From: Ministeria vibrans ATCC 50519
Taxonomy: Eukaryota > Protista > Filasterea
DNA length: 64,000 nucleotides
Assembly: GCA_943704425.1 (NCBI GenBank)
Contig: CALSCP010000905.1
Coordinates: forward strand, 1 to 64,000
Reading direction: 5' to 3'
Position numbers and translations under genes: made by a program. The notes beneath the pieces were generated by a model. It was not told the origin of the DNA. It made no database searches and worked only from the letters and a program-made list of their open reading frames with translations. This document shows positions 12,654 through 48,644 of this stretch, in pieces; positions within the stretch are counted from its first letter, which is position 1, and each line of letters begins with the position of its first letter.

Positions 12654-14011
12654 ATGTCAAGAGCATGTGCATGGGGCGCGTGCACGGCGCAATTCGAGAC
12701 GGCAGAGGAGCTGAAGGAGCATGTGCTGCAGCACATCCCGGGCAAGAAGCACCCCGACTACAAGCAGTACCAGTGGCAGTGCCGCTGGGGCACCTGCTCG
12801 TACGTCGGCAAGTACAAGGACAACCTCAACTCGCACGTGGCCCTGCACGCCCCCACGATGCGCCATGTGTGCACTGTGTGTCGTTCGCGCTTCGAGCGCA
12901 AACCCGACCTGGGCAAACACTGTCGCTCTGTGGGCCACTGGACCCGCGTCCAGGTCGCCGAGTGGACCGTGAGGAACATTAAGCCGGTACGCTGACGATT
13001 CGAATCGTCGAGAGAGGACAAGCATGCTTTAGTTGGGCACACTGCGGTGTTTTTTTTTTTTTTAAGGGGGGGGGGGGGTTTTTTGGGTTTCTTGGCGGAA
13101 TTCTGTGTGTTGGAAAACTCACTGCGGACCGCGCTTGTACCGCATTTCCTTGTGCCCTGCTGGGAATGTACATGTACTTGCTTGCTCATTGTGCTCTTGT
13201 TTTGCAGAATTTGCGAGGGGAACCGTTTCGACTGGACGACGACTCAGCAGAGGCGCTGATCAACCACAATGTGACTGGTCTTGTCTTACTGGCGCTCACA
13301 CGACGCAACCTTCAAGAGTTTGGTGTTTCCCCCGACACAAGCACGGCGCTGTTGGCGACCATTGACAGATTGCCGGCAGGCGATGGCACCGAAGCGCCAC
13401 CGGCAAAGCGACGACAAAAGTACACGCCACCCTTGTCGGCCTTCACCACACCAGACCCAGCGCCCGTCGAGCTCACACTCGACCCTGAGTTGGACATGAT
13501 GATACGCTCAGTCCTTGGCTTTGACGATGTGCGGATTCCAGAAGTGATGGACGCGCAAGTGGTGCCGGAGAACGGCGAGCAACCGCACGAACCACAATCA
13601 GCGCAACGAACGCAAAACAAACGCAAATACGACGAGTTCTTCAGCGCACTCCACAACGACAATATCGACGATGTAGACCTGATGGAGTATGGCTTTGACA
13701 GCGCCGACCTGTCCGACTTCACGGCGATCGTCGTGCCCAACGCCCTGGCCGTACCCATTGACATGGATCTGATCGACGAATTGATGGCCGACGAACCACC
13801 GTCAGGGGACAACGGGCAGCAGGAATCGTGGGCGCAGAGGCAAAGGATCAATGTAGATATCGTCACTCGCGGCGAGGCGCTCATGGACGACTACAACGAT
13901 CTGCTCGACCTTTCTGGCCCCATGGCATCAACTTCACAGAGCTATGGGAACCGCGAGGACCGAGGCAGCAACCTCATCCCTTCCACGACTAACTCTAGCA
14001 GCGCCACCACC

Positions 14012-14046
<35 letters not shown>

Positions 14047-15055
14047 ACCTGCTGCTGCAGCGCCGACAGGGGTCTACTATGCGTCGCGCGATGTCAGCGC
14101 CTCTCCTTCCCCCATCAGCCCATATCCGTCCGTTTCTGGGATCCCGCAGAGTGGAGGTAGAGGTTCACAACGACATCGCCGCGTTGTTGGACAGCCCGCG
14201 TCCGATGCTTCTGCGATGAGTAGAGTTGGTGGAGGGGGGCTCACCGCGGCGAGGCCCGCTTCCATGTCGAAGAAGAAGAGTATAGTGGTTCCCAAAGGTG
14301 TGCCTCCCCAGTCTGCACCTCCGCCAGCTCCTCAGCAGCAGCAGCAGTTCGTGGCAGCGGCCCCCGAAGCTCCGAAGAGGCGCACTCTTTTGCAGATGAA
14401 TGCACCTCTTACCAAACAGGCAAAGCAAACCAACACAGCAGCACCGGCGGCGGCCCCACAGACGGCCCCACAGGTGTCACCACAGACGGCCCCACAGGTG
14501 TCACCACAGATGGCGCCGCAGACGGCCCCACAGATGGCACCGCAGATGGCACCGCAGATGGCACCACAGGTGTCGCCGCAAATGGCTCCACAGTCGGCTT
14601 CGCTAAGAAAGTCGGACAAGAAAGTGTCGTCTCGAATGGCAGGAGCCGAGCGGCAGAAGCGAGAGCGAAATGCAAGCACGGAGTGGGTAATGGTGGAGTC
14701 CGAGAGCGACGACTGGGACAAGGTGCAAGAAAAAAGCAGCAGCACCGACAGCGACGACGACGACAGCGATGATGAAGAAGATGAGACCAAGGTTGTTGCT
14801 GCTACTGATGACGATGATGATGATGATGACGGGTATGGCGATGGAAGTGCGGACACGGAGGAGTTTGAAGTTGCACCTGAACTGAGTGAGAGAGCCTATC
14901 AGCCAGCAGTGCCTGTGTCGACGGCCATGGCGATGATTAACCGCAAGCGCCGTGTCACTGCGGCTCTTGTGCGCACTGTGCGCCAGGGGAGCAAGAGCAA
15001 TACGATCGACATGGACGCGATTGTCTCACGCACGGAACAAGTCGCTCTCCAGTAG
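12654..15055 (+). CDS. C2H2 zinc-finger (3 fingers, CxWxxC type) plus SAM-domain protein with a long acidic/low-complexity tail; intron ~12987-13208
   Basis: CAWGAC..HVLQH, CRWGTC..HVALH and CTVC..KHCRSVGH; SAM-like HWTRVQVAEW..ALINHNVTGLVLLALTRRNLQEFGV after splicing to ttttgcag|AAT (13209). Confidence 0.7.
14453..14593 (+). repeat. Coding 12-bp minisatellite encoding (A/S)PQ(T/M/V), about 12 units
   Basis: gccccacagacg / tcaccacagatg / gcaccgcagatg units in tandem. Confidence 0.9.
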
Positions 15056-15119
15056 AATGAGAGAATAAGAGAGAGAAGTAAAAAGGAAAAAGAAAAATTA
15101 ATTAAACAAAACAATAAAA

Positions 15120-16542
<1,423 letters not shown>

Positions 16543-17558
16543 GGTGGGAGGCAGCGCAGTGGGACGACAACGGCGGCTGGGCGGAGGGGGCGTGGACGGG
16601 AAGGCAACGGCAACGAGAAGGGAAAGACAAAAGTGTGTTTGTGAGTGTGTGTGAGAGTTGAGTGATTGACTCCAAGTCGGAAAAGAAAGATGTGTCATCA
16701 TCACCTGTAAAACTTGAAAGATGAACTTTGTCATTTATTTGTATCTTGAACTGCCTCGATCCTCGCCATGGCGTACTCGTTTGCGTTCAACCGCAAACAC
16801 TGGGAGCGGGTATGGCGTTGGGGCGCAAGGGGAAACCCTCTGCGCAATCCTCTCCTGTCTTTGCTGTTGCGCCTTCTCTCCTCTCTCCGATTGTTGTCTC
16901 TCTTGCCGTTCTTCTTCCCGTCATCCCACCCTTCTTCTCTTGCCCTTCCGTCTTTTTTTCTTCGTTTTTTTTCGTTTTTTTTGTTTTGCATTCGGTTTGT
17001 ATTTAACAAAAAACCCCCTTTTGTCGTTGCAGGAGTTTGCGATCGCCATCCGCGACACATCGCGCCGCGTACAGCCGAAACTTGAGCCTGAAGAGGAGGT
17101 ATGGGCGTCTAATTGGCTTGACGATGTGCATTTGAGCTGTTCTTCTCGTTTTATTCGATCGTCCTTTGGAAAACTTTTTGTCCCCTGTCAAAACCACTTT
17201 TGCTCTCTTCACGCGACACACACTCACACTCCGGCCGTCGCTTGTTCCCCTAGATGATCATCTACATGGACTCGCTCGTCTACCAACTTCTGTCAAACGT
17301 ACTGGCGTCCCCTTTGCCTCTGAAGGTCCGTTGAACATAAGTGTGTTCCCCTTTTTGCCCCTCTTGTCCTCTCGAGCGAATCCTCGCTCCTCTCACCTTC
17401 TCTGCAAGCATCCCTTGGATCACTTGGTGGCCAATGATGGAGTGCGCGCAAGAGAGTTGTACATCGAGTGCCTTTGAATGTCTTTTTTGTGTGTTTTGTT
17501 GAAGATGCGTCGTTTGAAACGCAACATTGTGTATTCTTCGGAAACTCAACATTCATTG

Positions 17559-17589
<31 letters not shown>

Positions 17590-19714
17590 GGCTTTTTGTC
17601 AGTTGGAGGACATGGAAGAGCGAATGCATGCCTTTTTCCCGCTCGATCTTCTGAAACAGGTCGAAGGCGAAGCGGCTGAGATGCTCAAGCGACTGCGCCT
17701 TTCGTAACAGTTGAAATGTGGAACATCCCTTTGTTTATATTTTTCATTTTCCACACAGAGGCAAGAAGCGCACGGTGCCCGAGCTCATGTTTCCCATTGA
17801 CGCGCGGATGTGTAACCGACTGGAAAAGGACGTGGCAGCGGGCCAGAAATTTGACTTTGAGGCCATTGTCTACCTCATGTCGGTTCTGCAGGGCATCTGC
17901 AAGTACATTATCCGCCTTGCCGGAACCTACGCACTGTAAGAGATATCGAAAAAAATGTCGGGCACTCGTTTATACATGTGTATGTGTGCTAATGGATTAT
18001 GTGCGTATTGTGTTACAGTAACAGTCAGCATGTGTCCATTTCGGTGCAAGATGTCAACATGACCATCTGTAAGTTTGTGTGTGTTGTCTGTGAAACATTT
18101 TGGCACTCATTTTGTTTTTCTGCGGGGGTGGCTTTTGGATTTTAGCTGCTGTGGAGGCACTTGAGACGGTGTTTACGCAAGGACCTCCGTCGCGCATCAA
18201 CAAGGTACATTACACGTTCGAGTGAGCGAGACGTAATTTTTTTTTTCTTTCCTGTTTTTAGCCGCTTCAAACTGCTTCGCGCGGACAACTCATTCAGGAC
18301 TTTCTTGAAGTGCAACCGACGTTTATGGAGGACATCAATGTCATTGTGAAAGCATTCATGGAGCCCTTTCAGGTGCGTTTGCTCTTTATTGTGCTCAATT
18401 CCACACACATACAAAAGTGTCTCTCGTTAAACGTGGTCGTTTGTGTACTGCTTGTCTCATCCCCACTGACAATTGTATAGGAGGCCCGTGACTACTTTTC
18501 CGACGAAGACATCAAAGCCATTTTTGGCAACATTGTCGAAGTGCGGACTTTTGAGCGCGACTTCCTCAAGCAAATCAACACGGCAGCGCGCGCTGCTTCT
18601 TCATCCAAGCCGGAGACGATCCGCATTGGAAATGTCTTTACCAGCAACGCACTTGTATGTGATTCGCGTTTTGTACTGTGCGTGACTTGTATGTTAACAT
18701 TGTTTTTGCGCATAGGAACGATACTTTGATGTGTATTTGGAGTACACGGACAACTACTCGAATGTGCGCCAGGCACTGAATCGCGTGTGTTCGCAGCGCA
18801 AAACACAGCAGTGGTTGCAACAGCAAGGGTTCCTCGAGGCGACACGCTACATGCTGCCCACGCTTCTCATGGAACCCGTCTACATTGTGCACCACTACGT
18901 TGCCTTTCTCCAGTTGCTCATTGACTGCACCGAGCCGGGTGATATGGATTTCCAGTCGACGCGCGAGGCGTGCCATCAGTTTGTGCCACTCGCCAGTCAG
19001 CTCAAGCACTACTGTGGTCGCTATCTCACGATGCGCAACGCCACTTACTTGCGTCTGCCCAACTCTCGTCGCATCAAGGAGCAACAGGCGATCTTTGAAC
19101 GCATTCGTGCACGTCTCGACGGCTGGGATCCTGCCTCGGAGTGTGGTGAGGTCATATACGAGGGCCCTATCGACATGGAGACGACGGGTGCCAAGGAGAA
19201 GACCAAGGGTCGTTACATGTACGTGTTTGACACGGCGGTGGTCGTGTGTCGTATCAAGGGAGCGGCCACCGATAAGGACGCAAGTCTCAGCCTCAAGCTC
19301 AAGATGAAGGTGGACACTTTGGAGCTCTTTGACGAGTGTTCACTCGACAGCGAAGACGACATGCACTCGCTCACTAGCGGTGGTGGCAACAGTGGTGGTG
19401 GTCTCTCGACGCCCGGCTCTAACCTGAGTTTGGGTGGGGGGGTGTCGGCAAGTCCCGGCGGCGCGAGCGGTGGCACGGCACGCTACCGCTTCTTCATGAG
19501 CGGCGTCGAGGGTCGCGCACAAGGTCGCACCTACTTTGAGGTGCGCTCGTTGCAGGAAAAGGAGGCATGGATGGCAGCACTGTCCAAGGTCATCACCAAA
19601 CGACGCATCGACAAGATTGTTCGCAAGAGTCTCGAAGCGGAACAGTCTTACGAGGGTCTTCGCACCGATCTCGCCGACACTAGCTACGTCTTCAAGGTAA
19701 TGTTAAAATATTAT

Positions 19715-19990
19715 TCTCATTATTATTATTATTTTTATTCATTATTATTATAAAAATATATTATTATTATTTTTGTTTATTATTATTATTTTTGTTTATT
19801 ATCATTATTTTTGTTTATTATTATCATTTTTGTTTATTATCATTATTTTTGTTTATTATCATTATTTTTGTTTATTATTATCATTTTTGTTTATTATCAT
19901 TATTTTTGTTTATTATTATCATTTTTGTTTATTATCATTATTTTGTTTATTATTATCATTATTTTTGTTTATTATCATTATTATTACTGT
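19715..19990. repeat. AT-rich degenerate minisatellite (ttttgtttattat(c)att units) in a SOS intron
   Basis: About 21-24-bp units directly visible. Confidence 0.85.
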
Positions 19991-20305
19991 GTCGGTTGTT
20001 GTATCAATGGCGTTTGTTCCGTTTGCTTGTAGGACCCTGACACGGCGGACACGATTGTATTTGAGGAGCAAACAGACTCGTCGTCGCCGCCCAACGTCAA
20101 GGGCGCAACAATTGTCAAACTTGTCGAGCGTCTCACCTACCCTGACTACCCCGACACGCAGTTTGCCAAGCACTTTCTCATCACCTACCGCAGCTTTTGC
20201 ACCACTCACAAACTTCTCGACCTCATCATCGAGCGCTTTCGCATCCCGCTTCCTCCTTCCTCCGTTGCACCAGAACGTGCCGAACTAATCCAAGAGAAGG
20301 TTAGA

Positions 20306-20337
<32 letters not shown>

Positions 20338-20343
20338 NNNNNN

Positions 20344-21160
20344 GCGATGTCGGTGTCGACTTGTGGACGGACGAGTGTGTGCTGGACTGGGATTTGCGCC
20401 TGAGTGGGTGGGGCATCATTTCTCGGGGTGCCATCCTCGGAGTGTGTTCCGCGTCAACTGTGTGATGTGCAAGGAGGATGTAGCATCAAACAGAAACGCG
20501 TTTAAGCGCCACCTGCTGCTATCGCACAGTGATGTATTCACTCGTGGCTGTGACTGGCTGAGAGTGTACGCTTCACTTGTGCGCAGTGAGCTGGAGGAGC
20601 GCAATGCGAGTGAGTCTGTGATTGTGCGTGAGCTGCAGTTGTTGTGTGAGAGTGAGCGAGTGCCGTCGTCGTTTGCTGGCTGGCTGTTGCGTGTGCAGAA
20701 GGAGAGGGAAGAGGGAAGAGGGGAGTGGGTGTAGTGCGGTGGATCTCGACGCGTCGTTTAGCGACTGGCCAATGGTCGGTTTAAATGTCGAATGGTGCGA
20801 CCGGCGACGCGACAAGAGTGTGACTTTGCACCATTCACAAAGGGGAATGTGAGTACTCATTTCAGTCGGCATCATGTGCTGAGTGTGCATCGCACTCGAT
20901 GTGCCATCTGCTCGCAATCCGTGTCCGAGGCGGGCAGTCTGCGCAAACACCTGCGCTGCCGTCACTCTGCGTTGTTCACTTCCGCTGTGTTGGCGTCGAC
21001 CTGGAAGAGTGTATACAGTGCGTGTGTGCAGAGTGCAATGTTGCGAGAGGGAAAGAGTGAGAGTGCGATTGAGAGGGAACTGTCGATTTTGTATGAGAGT
21101 GAGAGAGTGCCTGCCTTGTTCACAAGTGGGCAACACAATAAACATTTTAATATTGTTTAA
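20344..21160 (+). pseudogene. Frameshifted copy of a tandem C2H2-pair/helical-repeat gene (paralog of 48645-50030)
   Basis: Two ~125-aa units (C..C..HF..H / CxxC..RHL..H..ESERVP); in-frame TAGs at 20732 and 20759 best explained by indels; 1-bp deletion near 21120 relative to the second copy; 20760-21150 nearly identical to 49648-50030. Confidence 0.65.
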
Positions 21161-21224
21161 CGAATTGAACACTATGAAGAAACTATGCAGTGGAAAGCTT
21201 ACTAAGAAGTAGTACAACGAAAAA

Positions 21225-21790
21225 AAGTGCTTGCACCTTCTCCGCCAGCCCCCAAGCAAGAAGACGCCCACTAAGACCCAGTGGAATACGCTCTCGCAGC
21301 AAGCGTACGCCAAATTCGAGGAATTCGATTACAGGCACGTGTACCGAGAGCACGTTCCTGCGACACGGTACAAGACCAGCAACCGCCAATCTGTATGGGG
21401 CGCGGCTCATCGCGTGATCAGAAGTTTATTTAAATTGGTGCTCGCGCTGGAACACAAGGAGCTCCCTTGAGCGCGCCACGGGCCAAGCAGGACCAAAGGG
21501 TTGACAGCAGACAGGCGAGTGCGTGGTGAGTATTCGTATTCGTAGCGGCAGCTGTACGTGGGCAGAGCATAATGTACCCATGAAGTACCCACATGGGACC
21601 CACATGGGGGATGATGGGTCTGAGGCAGGTGAGCTTGACGGCCGTGCAATGCTCTCCTGTGAAGCAAGCCACATCGCTGAGCGATGAGTGAACTCTAAGA
21701 GCTTTGGGCGCAGGCCGGGGGTGGTACAAGTTCGGTACAAGCAGAGCGTTGTGAAGTGCTCCGCCGTTTCCCGAACGTTTCCCCAATTTT
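21225..21790. mobile_element. Possible degraded retroelement fragments: RNase H-like piece (+) and LINE C-terminal zinc-knuckle-like piece (-)
   Basis: + strand LSQQAYAKFEEFDYRHVYREH resembles the RNase HI (RVT_3) HV.RE.N motif; - strand GNVRETAEHFTTLC resembles ETxEHxxxxC; both short and without context. Confidence 0.3.
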
Positions 21791-21959
21791 GTGTGTGTCT
21801 TTTCCCTCTCCTCAAAACTCAAAAGATATTCATTGTCCATTCAGTGGTCTTTGTGTGTCTCTCTTCTCTGCCACTCTCCTTCCAAGGATATCTCTTTCTC
21901 TCTTTTTTCTTTCTTCTCTTTCTGACTTTCTCTCCATCATCGCAACGAAATTGCAACGC

Positions 21960-44421
<22,462 letters not shown>

Positions 44422-44680
44422 GACCAAGTCAGTGGTCGAGCAAGAACCTACGGAAACCACTGAAAATTCGTAAAAGTAACAATTAGAAGAAGAAAGAATA
44501 CAACCCATTTATTAATGATGCAATTTAATGACGCTTTTAGGAATATTATTAATAAAAATAAAAATAAAAACAATTATTATTATAATTATAATTGTTATGC
44601 ATCTGCAAAGACATTCACAGTGAAGTATTTACAACGTTGGAAAGACTTGGAAGTTGGAACGCAGAATACACCGCGAACGC

Positions 44681-44736
44681 GAGAGTCAGTTGAGAGTCAG
44701 TTGAGAGTCGGTGAAGCGTCAGTTTGAAGTCAGTTT
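44681..44736 (-). promoter_or_regulatory. Five-fold GTCAGTT-core repeat 260-315 bp upstream of the giant receptor ATG; candidate cis-element
   Basis: GAGAGTCAGTT x2, GAGAGTCGGT, GCGTCAGTTT, GAAGTCAGTTT in tandem; regulatory role is inferred from position only. Confidence 0.3.
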
Positions 44737-44848
44737 CGCGGAAAAAAAAACTCGCTCATCAATCACTGCCTGGTTGGCCCTGAGCTCTGCGTGACAAGGC
44801 AATAACGCAATCAAGACTATTGGATATTTTACAGATCGAGGTTTGCAG

Positions 44849-44880
<32 letters not shown>

Positions 44881-45778
44881 NNNNNNNNNNNNNNNNNNNN
44901 NNNNNNNNNNNNNNNNNNNNNNNNNNNNNNNNNNNNNNNNNNNNNNNNNNAAAAAAAAACAACAACAAAAACAACAACAACTCCATTATTTTGATAGCGT
45001 CTTTTGAGCGTTTTTTTTTTCGTTGCGAGCGGATCTCACACGAGCAAACATTCTCGCACATCCAATAACTCCAAAAGTTGCACGGCATCGTTTACCACAA
45101 CAAGCTCACTCGTCTCAAGTCAGATCCCTGAATAAGCGACTGACGCGGAGCTGACAATCGCTGAAAATTCCCTTTTTTTTTTTTTTTTTTTTTTTCCGAG
45201 CAAAGACTCCCCGTTATCTACAGAATACGCCACTCGCAAACCCCCGCCATTGCATCAATCATAAGAAGGCAATGATATCATTCGGTGCTGACTGTGGTGA
45301 GGGGAAATCAACGTCGGCAAATCTGATGTTTGCATTTTTTTTTGGAAAGTCGTCGAAAAGTTCAAAACGGAGGACTCTCTCTCTCCCTCAACTCACTCAA
45401 CTAGTTCTTTTGAAGTCTTTTGTGTGAGTATCACCTTTGGTATCGCACGCCGGCTACTGATATTTCTTGTGTGAAAATAATTGACAATAATTAATATTAA
45501 TACATTTGTTATTTGACATTGATTAATTTTTAACTTGAGATCGTCCGAGACGGCGACGGCGCCTTAATGCGCATGAGAAATAAAATCCAAGACTCACCAA
45601 GACTGAAGACTCTAATGTCCCTCAAATTCACTGAAATTTATTCTTGAAGACACTGTACATGTGCGTTCCACGCGAGTACGCCTTTGATGAGTACCAAAAG
45701 GAGTACAATTTATAAGGTCCCATGTTCATGATCAATACTACTACACCAATAATATGGCTAATAAAATATTTATTATTA

Positions 45779-47754
45779 CTATGCTTTAATTAAAAACTTG
45801 GGCATAACTTGGAACGCATTCAAATAGAGGGTGTTGTAGGTGGATAAGAGACGTTGCGACGCCTGTAAAGACGCAGACACAAGCACTGATGCGAAATCAA
45901 ATAGCGCAATCTTCGCCAGGGTGTCGGTGCGGTACCTCTCAATTTGCAGCAAGCTCCATGCATGATGCACCCCTCGGCCCTCTCGAATATCGCTCTCAAC
46001 GAGTGTTTCCTGTATGTTTACATGACGGGACAAGGTTTCGGGCCAGGGTGACCATTTCATCTTGGCGATGAACCCGATGGGCGCGACCGGCGTGTGTTCG
46101 CTTGTACAAACCGGCTTCACCATCACGTGGCGGCCGTAGCCATATTGGACACGATCGTATCGGTGCATCAGACGCGAGTAAAGCGATGTCTCAATAGGCT
46201 TCTGCTCCAACCAGTCAATCACATACTGCGATCGCTGCTTCAGCAGTCCCTCGTGTGGTCTGAGCTTTTGCGTATCGTTTCCGGCAATGAGAAACGACGC
46301 AAAGCGGAACATTGACACACTATTTGCTTCAAGTGCAGCCAACTCCTGCCGAAAGTTGGGAACGACCAGAAACTCCGTGCCAACAGTAAGCGAAATCTTC
46401 CACGCTCCCGGAAATTCCGCCTCAACGTCCTCTACCTCCGCGTCCACCTCGCGTACAATAAACTTTTGGTTGCGCGACGGACGCACCTCCCATGTGCTTG
46501 GAGCGTCCCGCGCAATAATTTCACGCGACCGGTCTGTGCTCGCATAGTCCAGTAGGATAACTCGGTCAAAGAGCCCCACATGCTGGGCGATCCAGAAGGG
46601 CAGCAAAAGCTCCTCGTTGAAAAAGTGGCCCACCATGATGATAGGTGTGTAGTGGAGGTCGTGGCGGATAAATGGAGGCGGCTCAAATTGATTGGCGAGC
46701 AATAGACGTGCTTGCGGCGCAGGTTTGTCAAACAGCATCGGAAGAAACCCCAGGCCTGCCGACGTGCTGCTCCGGCTCCGCAAGTTGAGTGTAATCAGAC
46801 GCTGGTGTGGAAACGGCACCATAAGCAGCACCGGAGAGCCGCCGTGTTGACTCTGCTCAAACGTTTTAATGATGCGCTTTTGAATTTCTGCAAGAAAATT
46901 CCACGCAAACACCACAATGACGAGCGGCCGGCCAGTGTGTTTGCCGAGCACGCTTGTTGGCTTTACAGGAATACGTGTCCCGGGACAGTAGGTGTTTTGC
47001 TTTAGATCCGCGTCGTCAACCACGTATAGGAACTCGTAGTGGCGATTGGGGTACATGCGTAGAAAGTGCAGCAGCACAATGCCCTTGGCAGCCGCTCCAT
47101 ACGCCACAATGTCAAATTGTTGCTTGGAGAGCGCATTGAGATGTCTGTGCATCCACTGCGCCATGTTTTGTGCTCGACCGCGGTATTGCAGGTAAAACCA
47201 ATCTTGGTCCATACCAATCGACCTCTCCTTTGCAACCGCCTCACTCAATATCGCCTCGTGCGTCCCCGAGCCCGTCTCCTTGCGCATCAGTGTCACCAAG
47301 CATGAATTACCGTGGATTGGCGTAATCTCCATGTTCACAATTCGCAATCCGGCCTTATTGGCCAGCCACTGGAACGAATGGGCCGTGAAAAAGCTCACGT
47401 GCTCGTGGTACACAGTGTCAAACTGAAAAGTATAATACAATAAAATTTTTAATTAATATTATTATAATAATAACGTCTTATTATTTTTCTCACATGTATG
47501 CTTACTTGTCCCGTGCCATACATTTCACATTGTGACGTCTGCATGTACGCCTTGGTTCGCATGCCCATGATTTTTGCACATGCTCGTAAAAAGGCTGCCG
47601 GGTGCTCCGTGTGTGCGAGCACATTCTGTGCAACAATGGCGTCCACATCGTCCGGCTCGGGCAAGCCCGCAACATCCTCTTGACCCCAGAAGGCCACAAA
47701 AACACTATGGCCCTTGGCACGCGCCAGTTCGACAATGTTTGCCGCAGGATCAAG
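45779..47754 (-). CDS. NDP-sugar C-methyltransferase (Methyltransf_14-type C-terminal part) fused to a GT2-like glycosyltransferase; 5'-truncated, possibly a pseudogene; intron 47423-47505
   Basis: DPAANIVELAR, IVAQNVLAH, Q|FDTVYHEHVSFF, TPIHGNS, YGAAAKG, YVVDD..KQNTYCPGTRIPV, FAWNF; then HFFNEELLLPFWIAQH..ILLDYASTDRS; in-frame TGA at 47755-47757 immediately upstream. Confidence 0.78.
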
Positions 47755-48234
47755 TCAAGAGTGTTCTGAGAAAAACGTTTTCCTTTGATTTCTTTCATCG
47801 TTCGTTAGCAAGTAATTAGAAGACAGAAATACGAGGTATGCAGTTGGCAGTCTTGGCGAGCTGGCGTTTGTATGGGCGCCACGATGGTGCGCTGAAGCAA
47901 AAAGCTGTGTGTGAGAGAGAAAATGCGATATAGATTGGCAGCGGAGAAAAGGAAACTCGAAAAGCGTTATCGATTATACATACATGTACATATCCTCATG
48001 CCACATCAGGATGCCACTATCTTGGAGTGGTCGGAAGTAGGTGAGGCGGAGCGGAGCATGAGAGAAAGATGAAAGAATGCAAAATATCGAAAATTTCGAA
48101 AATCGCAGCAGAAAACGTAGAGCAAGAGAGGTAAAACATACTGAACACCTATCTACCTTCATCATGCACCAGGCGTTTGAAATTTGAAGTCTATCAAAAG
48201 AAATAGAAAAATTATAAAAGTGTGAAGTAAGTGA

Positions 48235-48600
48235 CTAATTGAGATTCCAAGTGTGAGTGGTTGGTCGCGCGCAGTGCCTCGGCAAGGGTCTTGCCAACCG
48301 TGAGTCGGGTCGGTACACCGCTGAGTGAGTACACTCAGTGTACAGACTGCAGTGGAGCAGTAAGTGTTCTGCGGCATCTGGGCTCTCCAGCAGTGGTTCT
48401 TTAAAGTTGTTGTGATGTGGTTGTGATCGTTGACACACCTGCGTTGTTATTGCTGTTGTGGTGGTAGGACGACTGAGCACGACCGACACTGGAGCTTGCA
48501 TGTGTTGGCCGTCACTCCAATGGGAATGTTGAAACGTCACACAGGCGAGGGCTGGGCTCCTCGTACCGTGGCGGCCGAGCAAAAGAATAAGTCTAGGTCA
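48235..48600 (-). mobile_element. Possible 3' remnant of a non-LTR retrotransposon (C-terminal zinc knuckle)
   Basis: VCQRS..ESPDAAEHLLLHCSLY resembles the LINE ORF2 ETxEHLLxxCxxY motif; no RT visible. Confidence 0.4.
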
Positions 48601-48644
48601 GACTGGTCTCTGAAGTACCTCTCTGTGTCACATTTTTTCAATTC

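Noticed and set aside
20732-20761. Two in-frame TAG codons suggesting readthrough or an alternative genetic code
   Set aside because: A shifted frame gives AVDLDASF, matching the repeat unit, so indels explain them; TAG is used as a normal stop elsewhere (15053-15055)
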